From Harriotta raleighana (taxonomy: Eukaryota): DNA of 55,984 nt. Where the stretch lies: assembly GCA_050575255.1 (NCBI GenBank), contig JBNZDD010013635.1, forward strand, positions 2,767,670-2,823,653, in the 5' to 3' direction. The position numbers were made by a program, and so were the translations under genes. Of this stretch, positions 35,440 through 47,299 are shown one piece after another. The stretch's first letter is position 1; the number at the start of each line of letters is the position of its first letter. The notes under the pieces are model-generated. The model ran no database searches and was not told the DNA's origin. It saw nothing but the letters and a program-made list of their open reading frames with translations.

Positions 35440-36560
35440 AAGAAAATGTGGAGATGGAAAAGTTCAAAGGTTTCTGCATGTCTGCAAGGAGCTGGAGAAA
35501 GACACTTTCATACAAATGTAATTTTGTTGTTATTGTTTTCAGCATTGCAGCTGGTATGTGCAGCAGGTGAAGCTCACCAGCACCACAGAAACCTGTCTGA
35601 GAGCAGATGGCCATGACATACATTAAGAGGTTGTAATACAACATTGATCAGTAAAAAAAAAACAAATGATGGCATCATTCAGCAGAAACGATATGATAGC
35701 TGTTGAGAGGCGGGATATAAGTGCAAAAGGAGAGATCAGTGGAGCAATCAGGGCAGAAGTTAGTAACAACAGGGAGGGCGAAATGTAATTGGTATCTGCT
35801 AATGATGTATAGTTCAAGCTGGAGAATTAGAGGAAAGCTGTTTAGGCAAGTGAGAGCGGTTACAGGCAACAGAGATATAATTGTGGAGAATTTCAATTAT
35901 CCAAACTCCAGACCTGGAGCGAGCAGGAAGGAACAATTCACACTAAAGTAAGCAGTGACTGCTTTGTGTTGCAATTTGTAAAAAAAAAAGGCTAGATTAG
36001 CTCTGGTCTCGCCAGTCTCCATAGGCTCCCCATCACCCAGAGGATTCAAGATCCTGGTCATCACCTTTAAAACCCTCTATGATCTTGCCCCAGCCTACCT
36101 CTGTAACCTCCTAACCCCCTACCACCCTGCTCACTCCCTCCGCTCAGCAGGCTCTAGCCTGCTCCATATCCTTCAATCCACCAGCCCCACCATCGGTTGG
36201 CGAGCCTTCAACCACTCTGGCTCCAACCTCTGGAATTCAGGAAGGGGCAACTGGAAGTAGGAGAACACATGGACTTTGTGATTAGAGCAATACAGTAGAT
36301 TTGATAATGTATTTGTAGTGTACTAAAGGCTAAAACTAAAAATAAAGTTGGGAAATATACTGGAGGAATGAAAATTGTTGAGCAATGAAATGAAACACTC
36401 TTTTAAGACAGTGCTTAATAGTTAGTTACTTTAGGCAAAATAAATAAACCGTTCAGGGTCTATTCAGCGTCTCGGCTGCACTCTCAATTCAAGAAGATGG
36501 TGGAAGAGGTCACTTTTGCAAAATTATAAGATTTGCTGATGGTAAGTGAAGTGAAGTGAA
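35440..36560 (+). mobile_element. Ancient CR1 ORF2 relic (endonuclease region onward), interrupted by L2 pieces
   Basis: KFKGFCMSARSWRK resembles the CR1 ORF2 start. IIVENFNYPN resembles the APE motif IIxGDFNYP. Confidence 0.55.
36007..36238 (+). mobile_element. Internal L2 fragment, inverted copy of 36857-37088
   Basis: 232 bp with ~4 mismatches and one N versus the reverse complement. No tail. Confidence 0.9.
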
Positions 36561-36595
36561 GTGTATAAGCCAAGCTTTTCTGTGATTCATGCTTC

Positions 36596-37830
36596 AACAA
36601 CAACAACAAAATTACATTTGTATAGCGCCTTTCACATCGGGAGGACATCTCAAGATGCTGTACAGTGTTTCAGACCCGAGCTGGGGTTGGGTTTGGGGAG
36701 GGTGGAGGGAAACAACAACAAAATTACATTTATAGAACACCTTTCACGTCGGGAGGAGGAGATGTGGGGTGATTGATGGGACTGTCGAATCGGAGGGTCT
36801 GAAGGTGGGACTTGAAGGAGGCTAGGGAGGGGGCTAGGTGGAGGATCTTTAGGATGGAATTCCAGAGGTTGGGGCCAGAGTGGTTGAAGGCTCGCCAACC
36901 GATGGTGGGGCTGGTGGATTGAAGGATATGGAGCAGGCTAGAGCCTGCTGAGCGGAGGGAGTAAGCAGGGTGGTAGGGGGTTAGGAGGTTACAGAGGTAG
37001 GCTGGGGCAAGATCATAGAGGGCTTTAAAGGTGATGACCAGGATCTTGAATCCTCTGGGTGATGGGGAGCCTATGGANTCTGGCGAGAATGGGGTAGATA
37101 GGGTCACAGAGCTTAGTGCAGGAAAGGACACGAGTCACAGAGTTCTGGATGAACTGCAGCCTATAGAGGGAGGAGTTGGGAAGGCCAATAAACAGGGCTT
37201 TGGCATAATCAAGTCTGGAGGTGATGAAGACATGAATGAGAGTTTCAGCAAACTGAAGGGTGAGGTAGTGGTGGAGTTGGACAATCTTGTGGAGTTGAGG
37301 GAAGGCAGAGCGGGTCATGGCTTAGATGTGGGAGAGTAAAGACGGTTGAGGATCAAACAAAACACCTAGGTTCCTGACTGGCTTGGTGAGGTTGAGTGTG
37401 CAACCATGGAGGTTGATGCTGCCAACGCCTGATGCATGAAAGCGCTGGCGCGAGCAATCAGTGGAGCCTTGGTCTTGTTAACATTCAACTGTAGAAAATT
37501 AACTCTCATCCAGGACTTGATGTCTGACAAACAGTCTGGAATTGAGGGTAGAGGCAGAAAGTTAGAGTTGGGTGTCTTCGGCATGCTTATGGAAGCTGCC
37601 CCATGTTCGAGGGTGATGTCACCAAGGGGGAGCATATAGGTATTGAAAAGTAGGAGGCTAAGGGCAGAGCCTTGGGGATGCCACAGGTGACAATGCGGGG
37701 GTTGGAGGAGAAGCCATTGGTGACAACAAAGTGGAGATGATGCGGGAGGTAAGAGTCGAACCAGGCAAGGGCAGATCTATGAAGATTGAGCTGGGAGGAG
37801 AGGTGGTGGAGGATAGAGTGGTCGACAGTA
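36596..37830 (-). mobile_element. L2 LINE 3' ~1.2 kb (disrupted RT)
   Basis: AETLIHVFITSRLDY, IKSWMRVNFLQLN and degenerate HAEDTQL (YADDTQL). (caa)n tail, with a second short tail at 36711-36757. Confidence 0.93.
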
Positions 37831-37989
37831 TATTCGTAAGAAAATAGTTCCTGGGTGAGACACACAGAATAGAAAACTAAAATCTCTTTGCTTCTGTTTT
37901 GGGATTCTTCTTAAATGTTTATATTGGTTCTTTATCTTAGTTTGTTTGATGTCTCAGTTGGAAAAGAGAACCACCTGGTTAGGAGACTG

Positions 37990-38215
37990 CTCTCAATTCC
38001 TGGTCAATACCCCCTTCCTCCCCTAACCCCACTTCCATTGACTATTTGTGGGACACTGTTGTGAGCAATTTGACTGCCGCGTTTTGCCCACAAATATAGT
38101 CAATTTTCCTACTTTCTTTCCCCTGATCCCTCCCCCCTGCTCTGATCCCGACTTGACTGTTCAGCGCCTTGGGACGTCCTCCCAATGTGAAAGGCGCTAT
38201 ATAAATGTAATTATT
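37990..38215 (+). mobile_element. Composite SINE-like element: Deu-like core, pyrimidine spacer, L2 tail
   Basis: Collinear with the reverse complement of 43778-44060. Confidence 0.75.
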
Positions 38216-38263
38216 GATTGATTGATTGAGTGAGTGAGTGAGTGAGTGAGTGAGTGAGTGAGT
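38214..38263 (+). repeat. (GATT)n(GAGT)n microsatellite
   Basis: Direct reading. Confidence 0.9.
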
Positions 38264-39164
38264 ACTGAACTTGTAAAACGTGATGAATGGTCATTTGGGT
38301 GAGGTATTGGAGGGTAACAATAATAATAATCCTTGCATTTGATGAAGCGCCTTATAAAAGGAGAGAGAGAAAAAAAAATTATTATATGGTTTCATGCTGC
38401 TTGATACATTTTAGCCAATATTCTATTTGTGAGATTGATGTTGTTTGCGTCTCTTGAAGAAGGGTTTGTGCAGGCATCTGGCTGATAGTTAGTTTTTAAT
38501 CTGTGGTGCGATGCTCATTAAAGTGAGCGATGATAGTAATTGAGCATTTCTAAGTTGTATTAAATGGTGCATGGAGGCTACTGACTGACTGACTGACTGC
38601 CTGGTTATGACAGAATAATCCAATCTTGGGGTTCAGACGAGAGTTGGTTTTGGTTGCTCAGCGGAACCTCGACCTTACATTGACACTTGAGTCAGGCAGA
38701 GAGAGAGAGAGACAGAGATTTTTTTACTTGATACCCTCTCCAGCCATCAGAAATTTAAAGTTTTCATCTCGTCTATTGTGACTTCATTCAAATCAGCCCA
38801 GAGGTGAAGCGACAGTGTCATTCAACTCAACAAGTCTATCTTGAATTTGGGTTTACATCATTTAAATAACCCGTGCCTTTGCTGGCATTCTTCAGTGCAC
38901 CGATTACATTAACAATAAATATAACGGTTGAATTTAACATCTCGTGTTAAATGTCACCAGGTTGCATTGATGTTTCTCACAATTACCCCAGGGTATTATT
39001 TTATATGTGGAAGGAACAAAATCGATTTGCTTCTTTACTGAAAATACACCCTGTGTGTTCACAATGCTTTTGAGAGGCATGTGTCTGTTTAAGAAGGCCA
39101 ACATTTCTAGAACGCTTTGAAGCAATAATATTTCAATTTAGTATTTTGCAGTAGAATTAGATTT

Positions 39165-39549
39165 GGCCCACAAAATATACAGTCAATTCACTTTACAGTA
39201 TATTATGTGATGCACTTTGAGATAATAACGTCGAGAAGATGTGAAAAGGCGCTATGTCAAATGCTGTAGCTCAGTGGTTAAGAGCACTCGCCTTACAACC
39301 TGTATTCGAATCCAGGGCGAAACCTTGGGCAAGTTTCCTTACTCCACATGCCTAATAATAATCCCTCCAAAAAAAACTACAATAATAAAATTGGTCATTT
39401 CAATCCACGACTGTTTGTGGGGACGCTGCTGTGCGCAGTTGGCTGCCGTGTTTTGCCCACAAATATACAGTCAATTCACTTTACAGTATATTCTGTGAAG
39501 CGCTTTGGGACATCTAGAAAATGCTATATCAAATGCAGGGATTATTATA
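39165..39549 (+). mobile_element. Head-to-tail SINE pair: 3' fragment (39165-39263) then a near-full copy (39264-39549)
   Basis: ..gctatgtcaaatg runs directly into ctgtagctcagtggttaagagc. Confidence 0.88.
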
Positions 39550-40479
39550 TGGAAAAGAAATTATTAAAAATGTGCACAGAGCAGCTGATTCATATACTGT
39601 ACTCAACTCTTAATTTTGTTTTCTTAACAGCAAATCACCTCTTTAATGTGACGTGATAATTCATCAGCTGCCACATATAAATACAAAATTAATTTCATAT
39701 AATTATACAGAACTTTATCAAACAGCTAGGAATAGCTGTGGAAGATAGTGTTTCATAACAGATTCCATTAATGAGTGTGTAAAGTTATAATAATCCTATT
39801 AGTTAGGAGACACTGTGCTTTTCAGTTGCCGTGCTTTCGACGTTCACAACAACCAGCTCATCAACTGACAGATGCAGAGAGTACCCCAAAGGTTCTGAAA
39901 ATTGTACAACATGATTAGGGCTCAGAAATATACACGCCTCAATTTTGCGTTTTTTCTTATTGAAGGAATCTGGGATTCTGTGATGTCCCTTAGTGATGCT
40001 GCCCCAACTAAGCCAATTTCAGAGCTAAGGTTTCCTCAAGTCAGTTTTGGGTACATTAAGTATTCGGGGTTACCGGAAGGACGTTGACCTCTTAATTAAG
40101 ATATGCGGCAAAATTAATTACTCTGTGGGAGTAAATGAGCAAGCTATAGAAATCCAAGTTCTAACAGAAACAGGGGCCAAGCATTCTGCAACACTAGGAG
40201 CAAATGTGTCAGCTCAAGTGTCTTCAGCTGTCGATTGTATCAGATTGATCAGATGTTGTGAAAGGACACCATATTTCTTACGTTACCCAAATTACAATAG
40301 CTGTCAAATCAAATGTCAACTAGCACAAGGTTAACCTGATCAGGCATAGACAGGCACTGAATACAAACGTGAATTCTCTGTAGTGTAATGCACAGTTGCA
40401 GAGGGCACTTGTGGAAGGTTGTAGCTGCTCACTTGTCTGTTCTCTCTTTCCAAAGACATTAATTACGTTTATTGACAAA

Positions 40480-41000
40480 CAGCTTGGAGGATAATGGAGT
40501 CTGTTCTAGATGAAACTCCCTTCTCTTACCAAACTGCCATTGGCTGTTTAGCATCCACCTGAACAGGCATATGGGATCCCAGGATAATATCTCACTGAAG
40601 GACAGCACCTCGAATTGTCCAGGGCTCCCCCAGTACTGCTGGAACTCCATCCCACAGTCCCTTCGCCTCGCTCCCTCCCTCGCCTCCTTCAAGGCCGGTT
40701 TCAAGACCTTTCTTCTTTGACCTTGCCTTCTTCTGCCCTCCCAACTCTCTCCCTCCCCTTCTAACTCTCTCCCGCCCCTTCCCCCTACCCTGCCCCTCTC
40801 CCTTGCTCGGATCCCATCCTGACTGTTCAGCGCCATGGGTCGTCCTTCCAACGTGAAAGGCGCTCTATAAATGTAATTTTGTTGTTGTTGTTGTTGTTGC
40901 TTTGGAGTGTCACCCTAGATTATATGAGGTCAAAGTCCTGAGGTGGGGCAGACATCCACAACCTTCTGACTTAGAGGCAAGAGTGCCACCATCTGACACC
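40480..41000 (-). mobile_element. Old SacSINE1-like DeuSINE with a nested + strand L2 3' end (~40638-40899)
   Basis: catccacctgaac..gaaggacagcacct, then ggagtgtcaccctagattat..accttctgacttagaggcaagagtgc after the (ttg)n-ended L2. Confidence 0.75.
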
Positions 41001-42359
41001 TTGATCAATGGATCAAACTGAGCAGAGATTTTTCTATGTTGACTTCAGGATGTAGACACTCTTTATTACCCTGTTCTAGGAACTTTAAAAACTGAATTTT
41101 ACAGGGGATAGTTTATATACTGTACTTACATTTTAACAAGTGAATATTGTCTGAAATGATGCAGTATATCAGAGAATGCAATACAACCAGAAGGCTGAAA
41201 TTGAATGCCTCTTACCCTTCATGGAACACTGACAACGATGGTTTCTGACTTCAGATTTAAATTGAACAATAATTTTTGTGCTCATTGTTCTCTGTTGTCT
41301 CCTCATGTGGAACACGGTCCGTTATATTTCAAACTATTAAATCTAAATGGAAGTCTCCTCTGCCTTTTACCCTTTGATCAGCAGATTGGGTCGGAATGTA
41401 CAATATCGCACTGTACCAGAAGATCTGAGATCAATGCGCTTGTTTCTCAGTAAATGCACAGCTCGTGGTGTGCGCACACTTTGAAAAGATCAGTCAGTGA
41501 CAGCACTGGTTGTCAGAGCTTTTTCTAAAGCAATAACGGGGGTGGAATTTCAATCTTTTGGAAAGGTTACTGAGGAGCTCCTCACCTTCATCCTCCCAAA
41601 CTATTATCTTTGTGCTCTGACAGACCGGAGTGCTGTGTAAGACAACTGTAAGTTGAATTCAGATAAATGCCTACACGCAATACATATATAAAAGGTTGTT
41701 TTACATCAGATCGGTCAATTTTAAGTTTTTTTAAACATATTTGACATTGGCCCAAATTCTATGAAATTGGTTGAAAATGACAGAATTGGAATGGAACCCT
41801 CCCCTTTCATTATTCAATGGTTCTTACTATTAAAATAAATCCTTACAACATCAACAACCACCACAGAAACTTCCATTTATATAAACTCCTTTTATCAGGA
41901 GTAGCATTGGAAGAATCAAATGCAAATGTAATGCAACAGGGTGGGCATGTGTTAAAGGCAAGTTTATTTCCACTCTGGTTGAAGAATATTGGATTGCTGA
42001 CTGGTGATCTTGTTTAAATGAAGGCCAGTCTTGTGCAGGGCAATGGCATGGTAACAAGGAACATTGCCACAGACTGGAAGGAAGTTCTTTCAATCGAATG
42101 AGTTCTTCATATCTGATACAGTACATCTGAGTGTCAATTTGGGGAGGGAAGCAGGATGGATGGACCTAATTGTGGATCACTTTCTACAGTAACTGTTCAA
42201 TGAATGTTCCCTTAGAATGCGTAAGCAAATAAATGTCTTCTACCCCTAATCAGGTTATGGATTTGATAGATTTAAATGCAGAAAATCCAAAGCCATTAGT
42301 TTTCTAAGTATATTCTGCACCTTATTTATAACTGTCTGAATTACCTTTTGTTTATTTAT

Positions 42360-42470
42360 TTCAGCCACAAAATGTAGTCAATTCACTTTACAGTATATTC
42401 TGTGAAGCGCTTTGAGACATCTGGAAAACGTGATGAGGAGCTGTATGAAAGGCCAGGATTATTATTATTT
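42360..42470 (+). mobile_element. SINE 3' fragment
   Basis: agtcaattcactttacagtatattctgtgaagcgctttgagac. Confidence 0.8.
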
Positions 42471-43777
42471 AGAATATTAATGAAAGTCCAAGTTCCATTG
42501 TGCAGAACACCAACAAGAAACATTTAAATGTAATGGGGCTTGTGCAGAGTATAAATCCAACACTGACTAATTATATCAAATGGCCTGTGTCCATGGGGTG
42601 TATGGAACTTTGTAACTATATGTGACTATGTTTAAAGAAGTCTAAACAGTGTGTGGGTGATGGGGTAAGGAGTTACAGTTGCGAAGACCTCGATATGATT
42701 GAATTAAAGTAAAAGACAATATAACAAGCACTGGTTTCAACACAGTGCGGATTCAAGCGGGAGAAAGTGTGTATCGGACTCAGTATTTAGAGACACATGT
42801 TCAGTATTTAAAGGGGTTTGCAGTTAACAATGTGGCATTAACCTACACCGGAATGGTGCTCTGCCCATGCTGGCCAGAACCACAAGCTCCACTTATAGAT
42901 CAGTCAACATGTAATTGCAAATTGAGGTACATTTTAATTAGTGAGCTCCCCCTCTTCTGACACATCAGCAGATGAGATGAGATAGCAGGTACATAAGTAA
43001 TGAAGATTGCTCCCCACAGTGCTGATGCTGTTCTTTCTGCGCCTTTTAAGCCAAGACAAGGGGAAGTTTCGTCTTCACAATATTTTAGGCTGTTTTCATT
43101 TCCGAAACATTATCAGTGATTTATTGATGGTTTTTCCACATAGACAGAACCCAGTTCATTCACTACGGCATGTGCTGAAATGATTTTTACGCTTGTTCTG
43201 TCACTTTCGGTGAGGAGTATGCACTGAATTGTCAATGGTGCAATAGATACTTTGAAGTATCATTCATTGGGTGAACGGAATGATTAATAAAAAGAAACAA
43301 AAGATGCACCAGGGAGTGATTTCCAGCACAGAGTCTGGCTCGAGAGATTCAGATGGTTTATATATAGAATGAAGAGTTATAGTCTGCAATCCAATCAAGC
43401 AGTTCAGAAGGTTTGTATATAGAATAATGAAAACCTAGGAGAAAGTTACAGACTGCAAACTAATTGACCTCAGATGCTCTATATCCAGAATAGTGGATAT
43501 CTGGCGTGCATACAAGGCAGCAACCTGAAAGAAGGATTCATTACATTTATATGCAGAACGTTAAATAACTAGAGATGATTGTAAGGTTGTAGCTTGTTTG
43601 ATAAGCCAATGGCTCTCGTAAAATATCTTTTGGTGAATGTATGTGTTCATTGAGATGAGGGATGTCCACATTACCACATTAGTGAATGCCAGGTTTCTAC
43701 TTAAGCCATCAAAGCCCCAATTCTAAGTCAATTGTGGAGAGTTCTACCTCTTATCAGCATCATTTTTTAAAATTTAT

Positions 43778-44060
43778 TTGTTGTATTTATATAGCGCCTT
43801 TCACGTCAGGAGGACGTCCCAAGGCGCTGTACAGTCAAGTGGGGGGAGGGGTCGGGGGAAGAAAAGCAGGAAAATACTGACTGTATATTTGTGGGCGAAA
43901 CGCGGCAGCCAAATTACGCACAGCAGTGTCCCACAAACAGCCATGGAAGCGAGAGGGCCAGGGATGAAAGGGGGAAAGAGGGCAAGGGGAGGGGTTGGGG
44001 TAGGAGGAAGAGAGAAGGAAAACCAGGCGTATATCTGGGGAGAAACTTCCAAGTGAGGTT
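43778..44060 (-). mobile_element. Composite SINE-like element: Deu-like core plus L2 tail
   Basis: atagcgcctttcacgtcaggaggacgtcccaagg tail joined to gtgggcgaaacgcggcagccaaat..gtcccacaaacagcc core. Confidence 0.8.
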
Positions 44061-44164
44061 TAGGGAGTGATGCTGAAGGAAGTCTCCTCTACTGTGCCCC
44101 AGGAATCCCCATACACCCAAATTCAAAACAGCAATGCTGAATTTATTGAATATCCCTATAGGGG

Positions 44165-44545
44165 AAGTGAAACCCCGTTTATCCGGCACGCTCGGGGGGT
44201 CGACTAATTGACTGTGCCAGATAAACGGGGGACAAGTCGCCGAAAACCCAACATAAAAATGTAACTTATTTTAAAACATACCATGTTAATAATAGACTAA
44301 ATAGTAACAGAATATTGTGTGGATACTTGCCAAGAAAGCATTCCAGCACAGTCGGGAAAAAAATCAGTGAAACAGCATGTAAAAAACCCAAGTGCATAAG
44401 TTTACTAAGTGCGCATGTGCACGCATTGCACACATGCGCAAAGTGAGCAAACTAGCGATTCTGGAAGGGGGAATTGCCCCGGGAGGGGGTCGAGCAATTG
44501 AATCGGGTCACGGTTGATCGGGTCACGGATGAACGAGTTTTACTG
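44165..44545. mobile_element. Tigger/pogo-like MITE, family 1 (second copy)
   Basis: agtgaaaccccgtttatccggcac / cggatgaacgagttttactg|TA ends. Internal aacttattttaaaacataccat..taacagaatattg shared with 1247-1650. Confidence 0.8.
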
Positions 44546-44665
44546 TAGATAGATATTTGTTAGGTCAGAGTATTAAGGGGCAAGGGCAGGGAACTGGACT
44601 TGAGGTACAGATCAGCCATGATCTTATAAAATACCGGAACAGGCTTAAAGCCTACTGCTGTTTTT
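44546..44665 (+). mobile_element. CR1 3'-end fragment
   Basis: tagatatttgtt..gatcagccatgatctt, antisense to the CR1 tail at 21848. Confidence 0.6.
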
Positions 44666-45347
44666 TAGTGAATATTTTCACTACTTATTGTGACCATCTC
44701 TGAGGCCTGTCTCTCTGAGGGAGGTTGAAACTGGGGTTGAACTGGGTAAGCCATCTCAAACTCTTATAACACGTTTTTTAAGGCGTAATGCAACAGTCTA
44801 GGGAAATGGACACTCTCATTTCCTTTAGAAAAGTATTTGGCTTATGACTATCATTGTCTTTTGGCTGCGATCAGGAACTCAATAATTTGGAAATCTTGCT
44901 TATGATGCAATTTGGCCTGAACTGTTGCTGGCTAGGAAATATTAACACACCCATAAACCCATGAATAAACCATTCAAACAAACAAAATGGAATTCATTGG
45001 GACATTTATTTTGCAACGGCATTGAACTACCTATTTTGACATTTTCTAACCTTACAGATATTGCTGTAGATTGACAGTAGAATGAAAAATCATTTTGTAA
45101 TAATTACTTACCCTGTATATTCACCAGCCGCAAAGCTGACTTTTGTCATTGACGTTTAATCACAAGTTAATTATTAATTTGGATACTTTTTGTATGACTT
45201 CTACCAATTCAGAACTTTTTATCTCTTCTTGAAATGTTTGGGGTAAAAAGAAAGCTCCTTTTTAAAACTATTTAGGAGCCTTTCTTCCTTCCTTTCCAAC
45301 TCAACTATTATTACAAGAGTTTGCATATTTTATATCATATGAAGTGC

Positions 45348-45745
45348 AGATGGACTGGGTGGTGGCCTGGGCTGAAAGCTGTCCTTTCATCTGTAGGTTT
45401 GAATCCAACCTGGTTTGAGAGAACGAGAAAGTTTCTATTCTCTCTGTTGGCAGTAACTGCCCTAATTGAAGTGAGCTTGGGGATTTTCAGCCCTAGTGGG
45501 AATCAATTTGCAGCTCAAAGCATCACATAATTTGATACAATACTAATTAGGAATCTTACTAAGAGAAGCCACAAGAGGATCTCTAGCGAGCCTTGGTTAC
45601 GGACACTAAGTCAACTTTTTGTTCCACATTTATGTGACTCCCTTCATGAGGGCAGAATGTAAAGTTCTCTAACATTAACAAATGTGTAGTGGCTGCTTCT
45701 GAAACTGGAAGAGGCACATTGTAGAGCAGAGTGGTAGGCATAAGT
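45348..45745 (+). mobile_element. LF-SINE-like ancient SINE relic
   Basis: Ordered matches to the recalled LF-SINE consensus: ggactgggtgg, cctttcatctgtagg, gtttgaatccaacc, tgaagtgagcttgg, cctagtgg, actaatt, gaggcacattg. Confidence 0.65.
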
Positions 45746-45775
45746 CTGTCTCTGTCGTCAATAGCAGCTTCCCCT

Positions 45776-46051
45776 ATAATCCTTGCATTTGGTATAGCGC
45801 GTTTCTAGACATCTCAAAGCACTTCACAGAGTATACAGGACTGTAAAGTGAATTGATTGTATATTTGTGGCTGAAACGCGGCAGCCAATTGTGCACAGCA
45901 GTGTCCCACAAACAGTCCTGATTGAAATGGCCGATTTTTTTTTATTGAGAGGTTATAATCAGGCAAGTGGAGTAAGGAACTTTGCCCAATGGTTTTGCCC
46001 TGCCTAGAATCGAACCCAGGTCTCTCACTTGTAAGGTGAGTACTCTAACCA
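45776..46051 (-). mobile_element. tRNA-derived SINE, near full length
   Basis: Tail, core and B box (gaatcgaaccc) on the reverse strand. Confidence 0.9.
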
Positions 46052-47220
46052 ATAGTGGTTAATGCTGAACCTAGGTGTAAGTGATTCCCTTCGTTATGTC
46101 ATCTCTCAACTTAATGAGCATATGATAATCATGCATTTATTAGGAATGTCTATCTGTCATCAATAAATTGGCAAAAGTTCCAGTGAAGTTTGATTGGAAC
46201 ATTTTAATTTGTCCGTTGTCAGCCATCACAAATGCCGGATAGCAAACTGTATTGCCAAGCTTTTGTAGTCTTCGGATCTGAGCTGCCAATTCTCTAGCGA
46301 TATTGATTGGGCCACATAATATACAGTATAACTGTCTTCCTGAAAGAAAAGTAAAGCAAAATGTATGCTTTTGGTGAGTTCACAAAAATATTCGACATCA
46401 GGTTAGCATCTTATTTCCATTTCTTTTTCCATTCCGTCAAAGACTAGATGAGTGTTTACTTAAACTTTGTATTTCTATGCACCGACGATAGACCCTATTT
46501 TCAGAATGAACGAGTGAATAAGGTCACTCACTGCATTGGTAGTTTCTCGGAAGCACAGAAGATGGCAGTACAATACTTGGTTTAATGGTTTGGAGACCCT
46601 GCAATGTTAATTTTTTCTCTGTACCTTCCTCCTTCGGCCAAGAGGATAGGGAAATAGGTTACAAAGCTCTCCATAGCTTCAACCTCCTCCCAGCGGTTAA
46701 CTGACAATGGACATTCATCATATATTCATGAGTGTGTTGGCATGTCAGCCGCCACCATTACTTAACTCCCACACCCACAGAGATGTGAAGCAAGTGCCTT
46801 AACTGTTGGACCAGGAAGATGCTGTATTAGCAGTCTAATTTAAATTAATGCAAAACAGTATCCAACCATGAAGCGTGACTTGATTTTGTTTCACTCTGAA
46901 TTAAATCAACCTCAATCTCATTAAATTTAAGGCCGGCGCTAAATCCTAATAATCTTTTTGCACCTCTATTTCATGACTAAATTCCTAAAATTCTTCCGCT
47001 AACTTTAATACAACATAATGTAACCTAGGGAACAATACCTCTACATACACTGTAGTACCGTACTGTTCAAATGCAACGTTGGAACCAATTCATACCTGGG
47101 TCTGTCTTGCATGTGATTCATGCTTGTTCAAAGACCACATGAGCAGACCCATGCAAAATTGGTGTGGCATAAAAGTTGACAGTTGCAAGCGTTAATTGAA
47201 GATCTCTCAGGCCATCAGCA

Positions 47221-47299
47221 GGATTTCGCCCTGCTGGGAATCAAACCCGGGTCTCTCGCTTGTGAGGAGAGTGCTCTAACCACTGAGCTACGGGACTCC
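47221..47299 (-). mobile_element. Isolated SINE tRNA-like head
   Basis: Reverse complement ggagtcccgtagctcagtggttagagcactctcctcacaagcgagagacccgggtttgattccc. Confidence 0.8.
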
